A DNA stretch of 64,000 bases from Perna viridis (taxonomy: Eukaryota). A program made the translations under genes and the position numbers. Location of the stretch: assembly GCA_037379345.1 (NCBI GenBank), contig CM074515.1, positions 47,745,743 through 47,809,742 on the forward strand, read 5' to 3'. Shown here piece by piece: positions 26,801-37,628 of this stretch. The notes beneath the pieces are model-generated. The model was not told the DNA's origin and did not search any database. It saw only the letters and a list, made by a program, of their open reading frames with translations. Positions within the stretch are counted from its first letter, which is position 1. Each line of letters opens with the position of its first letter.

Positions 26801-29007
26801 TTTCCTTTGTCATTGTATGTTTCAAGAGCAACGACCCTGTAAAAATTATATGTTTTGGTTTTACTTTCAGTCGTGAAAACATTAAGTGTTGACACGCGAG
26901 TTATTTGTTATACCAATTCCTGTATGCCAATCGTGCCTCTGAAAATATTCCGAATAGACTGTCCTCCAGCTTTCTTTCATTTCCTCTCCTCATGTCTTGT
27001 GCAAGGTATTATTTTGCAAGTTCATAGAGCATGAAATGAAGTGTTCTTTAGTCCCTATTTTGACGTTCTTTTGATATTTCTTTTTACATCACATCCAGAC
27101 ATGATATATCCATGAAACTGATCGTTGATCATTTATCGGGTACAAATCAAATGGTAAACAATTGAAAAACTACATAAATCACACATTTATGGATCAAGCT
27201 TCTAGATTTTGATAATAAAATTTTTGTTCGATAGATTTGATCGATTTGTTGTTGGATTGAAAAATCTTTTGAAATAAATGAATTATGTTGATTAAAGTAC
27301 TAGTAAAATTGGCCAAAATTGCATAATTCAAATATTCAATAACATTCCTGGCTTTTAAAAGTGAACTAACCAATCGTACATTTTGCTCACCATAATATCA
27401 CAATAAGCTAATTAATCGATCACTTTTCGATTAATGGCCTGTAAGTTTAATTAAAGATCAGGTTGTTTAGTTGTGAAGTATTTCTGGTAAAAGTAGTGAT
27501 TGGGGAAAAAAGTCATAATACAGTCAATGGTATAAAATAAATATCTGGAAAACTTTCGCTTTCAACTACAAAGATTTGTAACATGATAAAGTGTTCTCAT
27601 TTTAGTAGGTTTTCAAGATCTCTATTCTTGTTGATTATTTCATAAGTAAAACAGCTTCGCTTCTATTATTTTGCGCAAACTTTTTCAATCCAGATAATAC
27701 TTGTTCTAAACTAGTTCTATCAGAAAACACTTACTCGATGCTGATGCGCAGCTGTAAACATATCATAGATAACAGTTGATGCTCCAGTACGTTAGAGGTA
27801 TACAAAAGGGTAACGTCTGGGTGTTTTGAAAACCCATGTCTCCATTTTATCATAAGATGCAACTGAGTGAAATATTATTCTCAAATAACAGCATTTCTTA
27901 TTGATACAATTAAACAATAAATCCCGATATTGCAGATTTTTGGTGCCTTGAGCCTAAATATCGTTTTGTTTACATTTGCACAATGAACAGCATATAAATT
28001 ATATCAAAGAGACTTTCTGATAAATGAGATTATTGAGAAAAAAACGAGTTGATATATCTTTTACTTTAATCGTGTGTTTTTAGCACAAAGCTAGTAATTG
28101 TCTCGCTCTGTATATTCCCCTGATCTATTAATTAGGAGAATGAAGTATAAAGCCAATAGCATAAACCAAAAGATAAAGTTGAATTGTCAAACCGTGCCTT
28201 ACAACTGTTGATAAGCAGCTATATTTTCAATATTAGCAAAAAACAACTAGAAATGTTAATGAATTTATAAGGCCTCTTTTGATTTTTTGACAAATAACAA
28301 AATATGATCCATTCCGTTCAAATCATGGATTTTTTGATAGATAAATTTTTTCAAATTCTTTGAAAGAATTATACGAAATTCCTTACCGCGAAATATGGTC
28401 AAAAGACCAAACAAAAAGACTAGTGTCACAAATTCTGTAACATATTCGGATAATTTTAAAAATGAGATCTTTTTGATGTAGATGGGGTTCATGTTATCCG
28501 ATTCCTCCTTTAGTATAAATATTAAGAATATTAAAACAAATACTGTCCTCCAAAAGAAGCTAATCGCTGTCGTTTTCTCCTATTCCGCATTTAACTATGT
28601 CAAAACAATGTAATTTTTTTTTAGTTTTCACATTTTCGGTATCAAACTAAAACAAAACAAAAATGGAGCAGATTGTGCCCATTGCACGAAACTTTCGGTA
28701 AAATTGTTCACATTCAACCAAATTTCACATTTTTTTTAAAAAAACTTTTGTGGCGTCGAAAACGATGATCGATCGTCTGTCATTCTTCAGGATCTTCTAA
28801 AGAGGCTTCACTTCATAATAAAGAATAAAACTACTTTGCCTTCGATTTGGCACTACAGATGTTCTTTAATTATTTATATCAAAATGCATTGAATCATCTT
28901 CTTCATCAAGCCAAAGTCACATAGCTGAAAGTACATGATTAAGACACTTCAGGATAACAAGAATTATTATTGGAGGGACGTTAATTGTGGTGCTCTTTAT
29001 TTTTCAG

Positions 29008-31822
29008 CTTTACGATAACGTGGGAACAAGTTACGGTTCTAAGTACGGAGGAACAGGACAAAAATCAAGCAACTATTTAAGTCCTTCATACGGATCATCA
29101 TATACTGGAAGTCCACGTGACAAATTCAGTTCATCTGCAAGTCCAAGAGACAAATCGTACGGTTCTCCTAATCCAAATAGATACTCAGGTTATAGTGTAG
29201 GAGGCGTTGGTGTTCGGGACCGAATTCAAAAATTCGCCAGCGGCGATAATCGTGGAAGTAAGGAGATGTATACACCTTTACATAGCGTCAGAGGCAGCTC
29301 ACAATCAAGGGACAATCCAGGTTGGGACAAATATTCTTCGCGAACTGCTAATTCAGACCCTTACGCAAATAGATCAGGATATTTATCAGATTACGGTGGC
29401 AGTAATAGATCTCTAGCATCATATGACAGAGGATCGTCTAAGTCAGGTCGAAGTTACGGTCCTCCAAGCAGAGAAAGTTCACCTATTAGTAGCAGATCAT
29501 CACGTTACGGAGACTATACTAGTGCGTCGCCATACTCAACTTACGAAAACTCGCCACCATTATCTCGACGTTACGAACGTCAACAGTCAGTAGATTACTC
29601 ACCACCGAAGCGGGACGCTGATGACCCTTACAGACGAAGAGAACCAGTTGGTGATAGAAGAAGAGACTCAGTGAGTGATAGAAGAAGAGACTCTGTAAGT
29701 GAAAGGCGAAAAGAGCCTGTCACTGACTATCTTAAACCTCCTCCAACACGGCGGAGGGTCTCATCAAGTGATAGCGATTCTGACGATAGTGCACCTGAGG
29801 CCGAAAAAGACGGTCACAGAGTTCGGTATAAAGTATCTCGTGGAACATCTCCCTTACGAGAGGGAGAGGTTCCAAAAAGAGAACAAAAAAGGAACAAATT
29901 AAAAGACAAAAAAGCTATTGCTAGAACTAAACGAATACGTAACACTACCAGGGAAATAAGGCGAGAAAATATTTACAAAGAATTTAAAGAAATGGCAGAT
30001 GCAGCATGCCAAACAAATGATGTAACACCCAGAAGACGGGGTCGTCGTCAGGTGAACGACGACGATGCGAGAGACAAGGCAGCACTTACAGCAATGGCCA
30101 TGATGGATGACGCTGGCGATGCAAACAATTCTAGAGACTCGTTTTATAAAAACCGTGATAAATTCAATACGCCTGAACAAAAAAAATACTCACATAGAGA
30201 AAATGAAAGTATGCAAGAGCCACCTTCAGAGAAATCATGGCGAAAATCAGTTTACGGTGAAGAACCCGAAGACCAAAGAAGTAGGCAAAACCCACGAACA
30301 AGCACCCCAATGGCTCCTTCGGACAAACGCTCAAGTAGGCACTCACAGGTTTCAGATCGAGAATCGAGGCCTGACTATAATAGATCTTCTTCGAGAGAAA
30401 GCATTTTGGATGACAACCAGGGTAGGCGAAGACGTAGAAGTAGGGAAATATTAGATGAACCTAGTGGACCAGAAGAACCTCCACCATTGCCACCAAGAAG
30501 ATTACGACATGGAAGTCGAGAAATTTTAGACGCACCCGAAGGAGAAGCACCACTTACTCCTGAAACCATTTCATTGAGAGATAGTATAGCAAAAGTTCAG
30601 GAATGGAAACAACAACTTCCTGAACCAGATTCTTATTATGGGGATAGATTGACTCCTAAAGCTCCTAAGTGTAGGCGTGGGGAGCTGGCTCCAAGTGATC
30701 ATTCTGAAGAATATTTTTCTGCACACGACTATCCACCACCACCGCCACCGTCCAGAAATGCAAGAGAGGTATCACCAGAGAGACCTCGTTCTCGTGAACA
30801 ACGATCTTCGGGTGGTTATCATAGAAGCGATTCTGTCAGATCTACTAGAGAAAATTCTCCAGTTTATTCACGTGATACATCTCCTAATAGGTTACGGTCC
30901 CGATCAAGGCGAAGTCGAGAGCATTCTCTTGATAACGTGTTTGACGATGATAAAGACCAACGACCTCCTCCAAATAAAGATTTCCGAAAATCTGCGCTAA
31001 ATCGATCCATTGACAATGGCTATTTCGATAACGGTGATCCAGATCCTCGATATCACCGTCAAGACAGCATACCAACTAAAGGTAATAGAATATCAGGTAG
31101 TTCTTCCGATGCATTTTCTAGAGACGACTCACCAAACCGTGCCAGAAGGATTAGACGGGAAGGTTCACGCGAGGATATGATAGACGAAAGACGTCCAGGC
31201 CATACCAGCGATAGTTCAAATTTCGGTTTTAACAGGGACGGTTCGCCAAACAGAAATCAAGGCAGACGTGTTAGAAGCAGACAAAATTCTCGAGAAGATA
31301 TGTTAGATGACAGGAAGCCATCGAGACCAAGTTCTAGAGAAGGTATGGTTGATGATCGTAGATCATCTAGGTCGAGTAGATCCACTAGTCGTCATAATTC
31401 ACGCGAAGATGTTCTAGAAGAAAGGGGTAAACGGTTTATCGCCAGAGATAGACCTCGTAGTCTTCTTGTAGCAAATGAAAGCAACGAAGGAGGTATGAAA
31501 CGATCGCCTTCAGGGGCGTTTTCGAATGATACACAAGCACTTCCCGATATCGTAAATTCTGGGAAGCAATCTCCTAGAAAAGACAAGAGTGGTTACATAA
31601 ATCAAAAACAAGACATTGATCACGTATTAGATGGAATCCAAGGAGCTCCTGCTGAGTTATCACGTCGTATTGGGAATCATGGTCCCAGGCCTAACTCAGC
31701 AGATGGATACTATATGGATAGTAAGAATATTGATGATGTTTTGAATGGGAGGTCACAAAATCTGATGGATACACCTGTGCCAAAAGCCCCAATCCCTCTA
31801 AAGCCATCTCCTCAAATCCTAG
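29008..31822 (+). CDS. FHOD3: Giant (2,815-nt) exon encoding a low-complexity Arg/Ser/Asp/Pro-rich N-terminal extension of the long FHOD isoform
   Basis: Stop-free for ~940 codons in AT-rich DNA; acceptor tttatttttcag| at 29007 (phase 0); donor cta g|gtaatt at 31822 (phase 1). Assignment to FHOD rests on phase-consistent chaining to 33968-34323 and 37504. Confidence 0.8.
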
Positions 31823-33967
31823 GTAATTACGTCTTGCACTAAAAGTGACGACGTTAACAAAATATGTCTAAATATATACTCAAAGAGAAGTCATATTTTG
31901 CTGATGTCTTAACGTTCGATATTGTGCCACACTTTGGATGTTCCCAGCATGGGTGTAGAATTAGTGTATAGATTGTCCTCTTCATACATGCCTAAAATTC
32001 TAAATTCTTTCCATGTCTTTTTCTCTACCTCCTATATTTAGTCTATATAGTTTATACTCTAGCGTAACCTAGGTGTATCTATTCCGCTTTTGTGGAACCA
32101 AGTTCTCTTTTGTTTGCTTTCCACGTGCATGTCTTGTGGCTTTTGCTTGACTGTTTGAATTTCAAAGACTATGGCTTCGTATTTTTTGTGAATAAAGAAT
32201 GGCTTCAGAGTTAATGTTAATTTTAGCAATAATATATAAATAACCAATCAAAACATTTTAAGATGAATTTTGCTACACGGCATTTTTTCAATAGAATTCT
32301 TTAATTAAGAAGAGTTGAATTAACAATGTTGATAAAGTTGAGACATATTATTTTTCTTTCGATCTACGACGTTGCACTGTTTATGCTTTGGAGTTTTTTG
32401 CTTGTCTGTTTAATTTACAGGGAATTTTCCACTTAATTTCCTTCAACCTTAAAGCGTAGCAGATAAAGAAAATAGATGTCTGGTTGATGGATTCCTTTGG
32501 CATTCCTTCTAGTGTTTTATACTTAGTTTTGTCACGCATTGTTTATAACTGAAGTTGGTATTAAAGATTAAATACCTGACAAAATACTGTCTTACTTCAG
32601 AGAAAATTAATAGATCTTCTTTGGATATTTTTGTGACACGTATATATTTATAACATTTCTAGCGCCTTTAGTTTTGCTTTTTATCTGGCCTGGAAAAAGA
32701 ATCGGAAACGTTTAAATGGTGCCGTTGGAATTCGTTATAGTGGGCATCATAAGCCAATCTCTGTCGCCAACTAATTCACTGTCAGTCTTTGTCTATCCCA
32801 TCCTGTCTTGCACGATAACAACCAAAGCAGGGGTAATCTAGCTTCATATTGTAGTTTGTCTTTAATTTTAATCGTAAGGGAAAACGAAAAGTGGTCATTT
32901 GTGCCACATTAAACTGTATTGTAATTCCCCTTTATGAATAAAAACTGTATCCAATTGTATTACATGTAAATTTTGAATAATGATTAAAGTTGCATATAAA
33001 TCAAGTTATTTCATCGCCCTTTGTAGCTTGATATGCGTATGGAGCTAGTTTACTGTCCCATTTCAGAACTTTGTGATCTCCAATTCTTTCCAGCAACTTT
33101 TCAAGGGGACTGTTAATGTGTACACGTACATGGAACGGTTGTGTGCCAAAGGAGCTGTATTTAAGTGGAAGTTTCTCTGTAACACACTCTTGGGATGTTG
33201 TTTTGTTTGTGTGTCATGCTATTCATTAATAATTATGCTTTTTGGTTTTTTGGTATTCAATGGAATACCGACAAAGGTAAAACTTGAGTTAAAACTAATG
33301 TTAAGATCGTTGAGGAGGTAATGGGTACATTGCCTCTCAAGTCGAGTAACATCATTAACTGACAAAGATTCTATTTTTATTACCTAAAATGACATACAAT
33401 TATTGCATACCTGTAGTCGTAAATTGATTCAAACGCCATAAAGCAACACTAAGTACGAATGATTTCATGATTTTGGTTTTTTTAAGATAAAAGCGACAAT
33501 GTCCTTAATAAAAACGGAGCAAGGATACAACTTGGCTTTAGAATGATATTCATGTATTTTAGTTTGCCACTGACCTGCACCACTGGTCTAATGTAGACCA
33601 ACATATTAATGACATTTATTAGTGGTGAAGATATGGAAATTCTTTCTGCTGTATTCACATAGAACATGACAACATACAGCACAATTAATGATAAATCTTC
33701 TATTTTACGATTATTCTTGTGGTGCAAGCCAAGGTCAAGCTTACATGTATTTGCTTTACTGTTGGAGATATAGGAAAATAATTGAGGCTGTTCTATTTTT
33801 CACGTTTGCTAGATATGGATTAATAAAATGTTTAAATGGGTATTTTCTCTAATTATTTTGGAAACACATGTTACATATGTTTTGTTGAAAAAATTGTCCG
33901 TTCGTTATGTCTGATTCGGAATATGATAATGAAAATCTTGAATGGTATGCAGACGTAAGTCTTTCAG

Positions 33968-34323
33968 GACCAACGCTATTTACTTCTGATAATGAAATTG
34001 TTCATTCTGATACAGAAGAAAAGCTGATTGACATTGACTCACCTGTAACGCCGAAGAAAGCCGCCATCAGCAATGCGCCTCCAAACAGAGGTCATGATGC
34101 CAGGATGCGACGCACTATTTCCGAGACCGGGCAACAGATGTGGGACAGCCTAAAAAAGAACAAAGGTTCGGTCACTATAACTGATATTTTACGACTTTGT
34201 GAAAAGCCGAATTCAAAGGTCATCAGAGTACCTGGGGTGACAGAAGGGTTCAGCGATGTCAACTTTAAAGGCTATCCATCCGCTAACGAGATGCTGGAAA
34301 ATATGGGTGTCGACGTTAAAAAG
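33968..34323 (+). CDS. FHOD3: Long-isoform exon joining the extension to the FHOD GBD (…GPTLFTSDNE…NMGVDVKK); may instead begin at ATG 33907 or at acceptor 34016
   Basis: Phase-1 acceptor ctttcag| matches the phase-1 donor at 31822; strong phase-0 donor AAG|gtaag at 34323 matches the phase-0 acceptor at 37504. Confidence 0.7.
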
Positions 34324-35574
34324 GTAAGCGAATATAAAAACGTGCGAAGAGGCATAACTCTAATTTATATTTTAAAAATAGTTGAGATTTTTTTCAAGGG
34401 GAATGCACTCGGATGTCCCTGTAAATGTACGAGTAAACTTTAACGCGCATTCTGCTAAATTAGGAAATTGATTTTGGAATAGTTTGCTTTTAGTAAGCTC
34501 TTCAATCTTGCCTTGGATTTTTTAAGCGTAAAGTACAAAGCGGTTGTTTACGGATGGTTGAAGTTTTCATTCATAAATTGCAACAGAGATTCCAAAACAC
34601 TTGCGTTCCAAAACCTAGTTATTACAATGTAATATATCAAATATAAAATAAAGAATACTCGATCAAGCTATTTAAAATCAATACAGCTGCTTTTATAAAA
34701 GTTTATAATCAAATTGTAGACCTGCTTACGTCAATGTATTCGAATTTAAATCTGACAGATCCACAATTTGTAAATTTAGGATTAGTGCTCACTCTCCCGC
34801 AATTAAGAGGGGACCCAATCAAAATATCCCCAAAAGTAACCGTATTTGCACTTCATGCAATACTTCACAAAATGAAGATAAAGTGTATTTTTTCTTACAC
34901 TGTCCAGTCTATAAAGTACTCAGACAAGTTCTCATCAACAAGATAAAAACAAAGACAAAAGTTTCTTCTCAATAACAGAAAATAATATATCATTAATATT
35001 AAACAGTAAATGTTTGGTTATTTTAATAGCCTTAATTGGATAAATAAATAAATGTAGCCTTGTCAATTAAATAAAGTATAAGTTTAAGGCACCTCCGCTC
35101 CAGTTTTTCAATACGGTTATTATTAGAACTGTCATATCTTATATGTTTAGATTTGTGTATTGTGTCATAACCATTTACTGTAAATGTGATTGAACGAATA
35201 AATATTTGTATTTTGTATTTGTAAAAAAAATACAGGTCTATGGTTATTTATGTCTCTGGCTTTATCATATATTTTAGAAGGTTTTTTTGTTTGTGTTTTT
35301 TTTTCTTTTAAAATTTGTAATTTTATTTTCTTTATTTTTTTTAACACGGAGAGAGACATTGATAAAAAAACAGCTTTTGAGTTGTAGCCATGTACACTTT
35401 TAGTTTCACCTTCTTATGATCTTTGTTTATTTACTTCAATTGATTTTAGTTTTCATAAGATAGGCCTATTCAACATGGGGCGTATAGGGACATAATTTTA
35501 TGTCCAAAACAATTTTTAAAAATGCTAACACATAAAAACATCCTAACTAAAGCAGTTTAATAGTTAAATAATAT

Positions 35575-35860
35575 GTTTCTATGCGCAGATTGCGTCGTCT
35601 GCTATGTTTTTACTTCCGCCGCAGGTAAAAAATTAATCATCAAAACAAACGTAAAGAAGAAGATCCGATATCAGATACGACGTCTGATAACGGTCACTTA
35701 CATAGTTTCTTGTGAATGAAAGGTTAATCGGAAGGGTAGAACCTTAATTTATTTAGAATAAACTTGGGATTTAATTTTGAAATGCGTTTCAATGGCGCAG
35801 GAATACATCAAAGTTCGGAGGTCAGACATGCGGAATCAGTAAGATCAAACATGGCGACCT
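35575..35860 (+). promoter_or_regulatory. Probable internal promoter/5' UTR of the short FHOD isoform
   Basis: CpG-rich patch directly upstream of ATG 35851, with an ETS-like acttccg (35612) and a YY1-like aaacatggcg overlapping the ATG; CpG becomes scarce just downstream. Confidence 0.55.
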
Positions 35861-36015
35861 TCGAGTGTCGAGTGCAATACTTGGACGATACGGATCCTTT
35901 TTCAAGTACAAATTTTCCAGAACCAACAAGACCACCTTCATATATTTTTCATAGGACTGTACCGTTGTTAAATCAAATAGGAGGAGTTCATAAACTCCTT
36001 GGAGCTCCCCACAAA
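35851..36015 (+). CDS. FHOD3: FHOD1/FHOD3 (Fhos) formin, short-isoform exon 1, GBD N-terminus (MATFECRVQYLDDTDPF…GAPHK)
   Basis: Closely resembles the FHOD3 N-terminus (MATLACRVQFLDDTDPFNSTNFPEPSRPP…APHK); good Kozak context; donor AAA|gtaag. Confidence 0.95.
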
Positions 36016-37503
36016 GTAAGTTGGAGACAAACATATATGTGAACTTGATTTCAGGTAACGAATGTTTACATATGATACCAGACAATCTCTACATCAGCTG
36101 TTCGAAGCGCGAGTGTTCGAATATCGTGGTTTATTTTCTAGGCTTATTGTTGACTTGTGCTTAACAGTAAATGTTTAAAAACCTCGTTATTTAGACCCTA
36201 TTCATCTATTTACTTGATATGCGGGGCTTCATTTTTTTTAAATTATTTTCATGGTTATACATGTATATATATTTTTTTCTGAATATGTACATGTATATAT
36301 GTCATCTATTGACGGCCTTCCTAGAATATAAGAAAATGTTATGGAATATGATAATGGATCCTGTATTTGGTAACTTTCACTATTTTGAGTTTTGACATTT
36401 CCTGACAGAACTTGGCTATCTGTATAATGAGTATGTATTTACTTAAATGAATATAGATGATTTTCTAAAATTCTACCAATTTAAGAAAAAAAATCCATTT
36501 GGGTTCAGAAATTGTTTATTATCGTAAACCAAGTAGACCAAATGTGAAATTTTAAAGATTAACATTCAAGAATGTGGTAAATGTGGTTTAACTATTACAT
36601 TTGACATTAGAATCAGGATCTACATGTACTTATCAGCTATACTATTAGTTCCATACCACATTGTTCATGCATATATGTAGATACTTTGAAACATGAATAA
36701 CTAAAAGTTGTTCTAATGGAAATGATGTTTTTAGATATCACTGTATGCTATTAGGAAGGGATAGTCACAGACCCACAACATGTGTTACAGGAAGTTCAAC
36801 TTATTCCTGCTGTTCTAGATGTACAAAAATGTATAAGCAATGTACATTGTAACATAATAGTGGTGCATACCAACAATTGTCAAAGTCAAATTTTATCTGA
36901 TTTCAAATAGCCCATCCATCATATGCAAAGCCTAAAATCATATTAGTAAATATATTGAAAACAAGAGGAAATTCAAAGTAATCTTCTTTTATTTTTTTAA
37001 ACAATTTTTGTCTGGAATTGCTACAATTACCTTATATGTAACTGTATTGAATTTGGAGTATTCCAGAACTGATATTTATTACTCAATTTGCTATTAAAAA
37101 TTCGTTAAGAATTGAAGAAGCATATAATGGAGTACATTTTGTACATGTACACGCACAATGCATTACCCTTTTCACTCAAATGTACATGTACTTTGAATCA
37201 TTTTGTATGAACATTTTGTATTTTTGATTATTTTTGTTTGTTTTTTTTATTATAATAATGTTTACTACTAATACAAGCCTTAGCTTGTTTCAGAACCCTA
37301 CGAGAGTCATGATCTTAAAAATAAATCCATACCTGGTAAATGCTCATAATTGCAATTTACATGTACATAGCACATTTTCAGTTTGTAAACTTTGATGTTT
37401 TTTTAATGTAATTTCATACAGAGTGCCTTTACCATGCATGCTGGCTGATTTCTAAATAAATCAAAATACATGTACAAATGTACCAACATTTTGTATATTT
37501 TAG

Positions 37504-37628
37504 CTTGAAGATTGTGCTTTACAAATATACCGATATCATAATGGAACTCAGGGTGATTATGGTACATATTTGGATCTTGAATCTAACATTGATGAACAAA
37601 GCGAAGAGCTGGAAGGGTTTCAAGACCA
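37504..37628 (+). CDS. FHOD3: FHOD exon (LEDCALQIYRYHNGTQGDYGTYLDLESNIDEQSEELEGFQD); first exon shared by the isoforms
   Basis: tttag| acceptor, |gtaagt donor, FHOD GBD motifs LxDCxLQ and YLDLE; phase 0/2. Confidence 0.93.

Noticed and set aside
28987-29007. ORF-track start (GTG) and a free-standing 951-aa gene
   Set aside because: The first 7 codons are a polypyrimidine tract plus AG, and the last codons lie beyond a GT donor, so the ORF is an internal exon
29207-31586. Overlapping alternative-frame and antisense ORFs within the giant exon
   Set aside because: Expected shadow ORFs of a GC-richer coding exon; no recognisable domains or splice support
35764-35850. N-terminal extension of the short isoform from TTG 35764 or ATG 35782
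   Set aside because: FHOD homology and the better Kozak context begin at ATG 35851; use of the in-frame ATG at 35782 cannot be excluded but has no support
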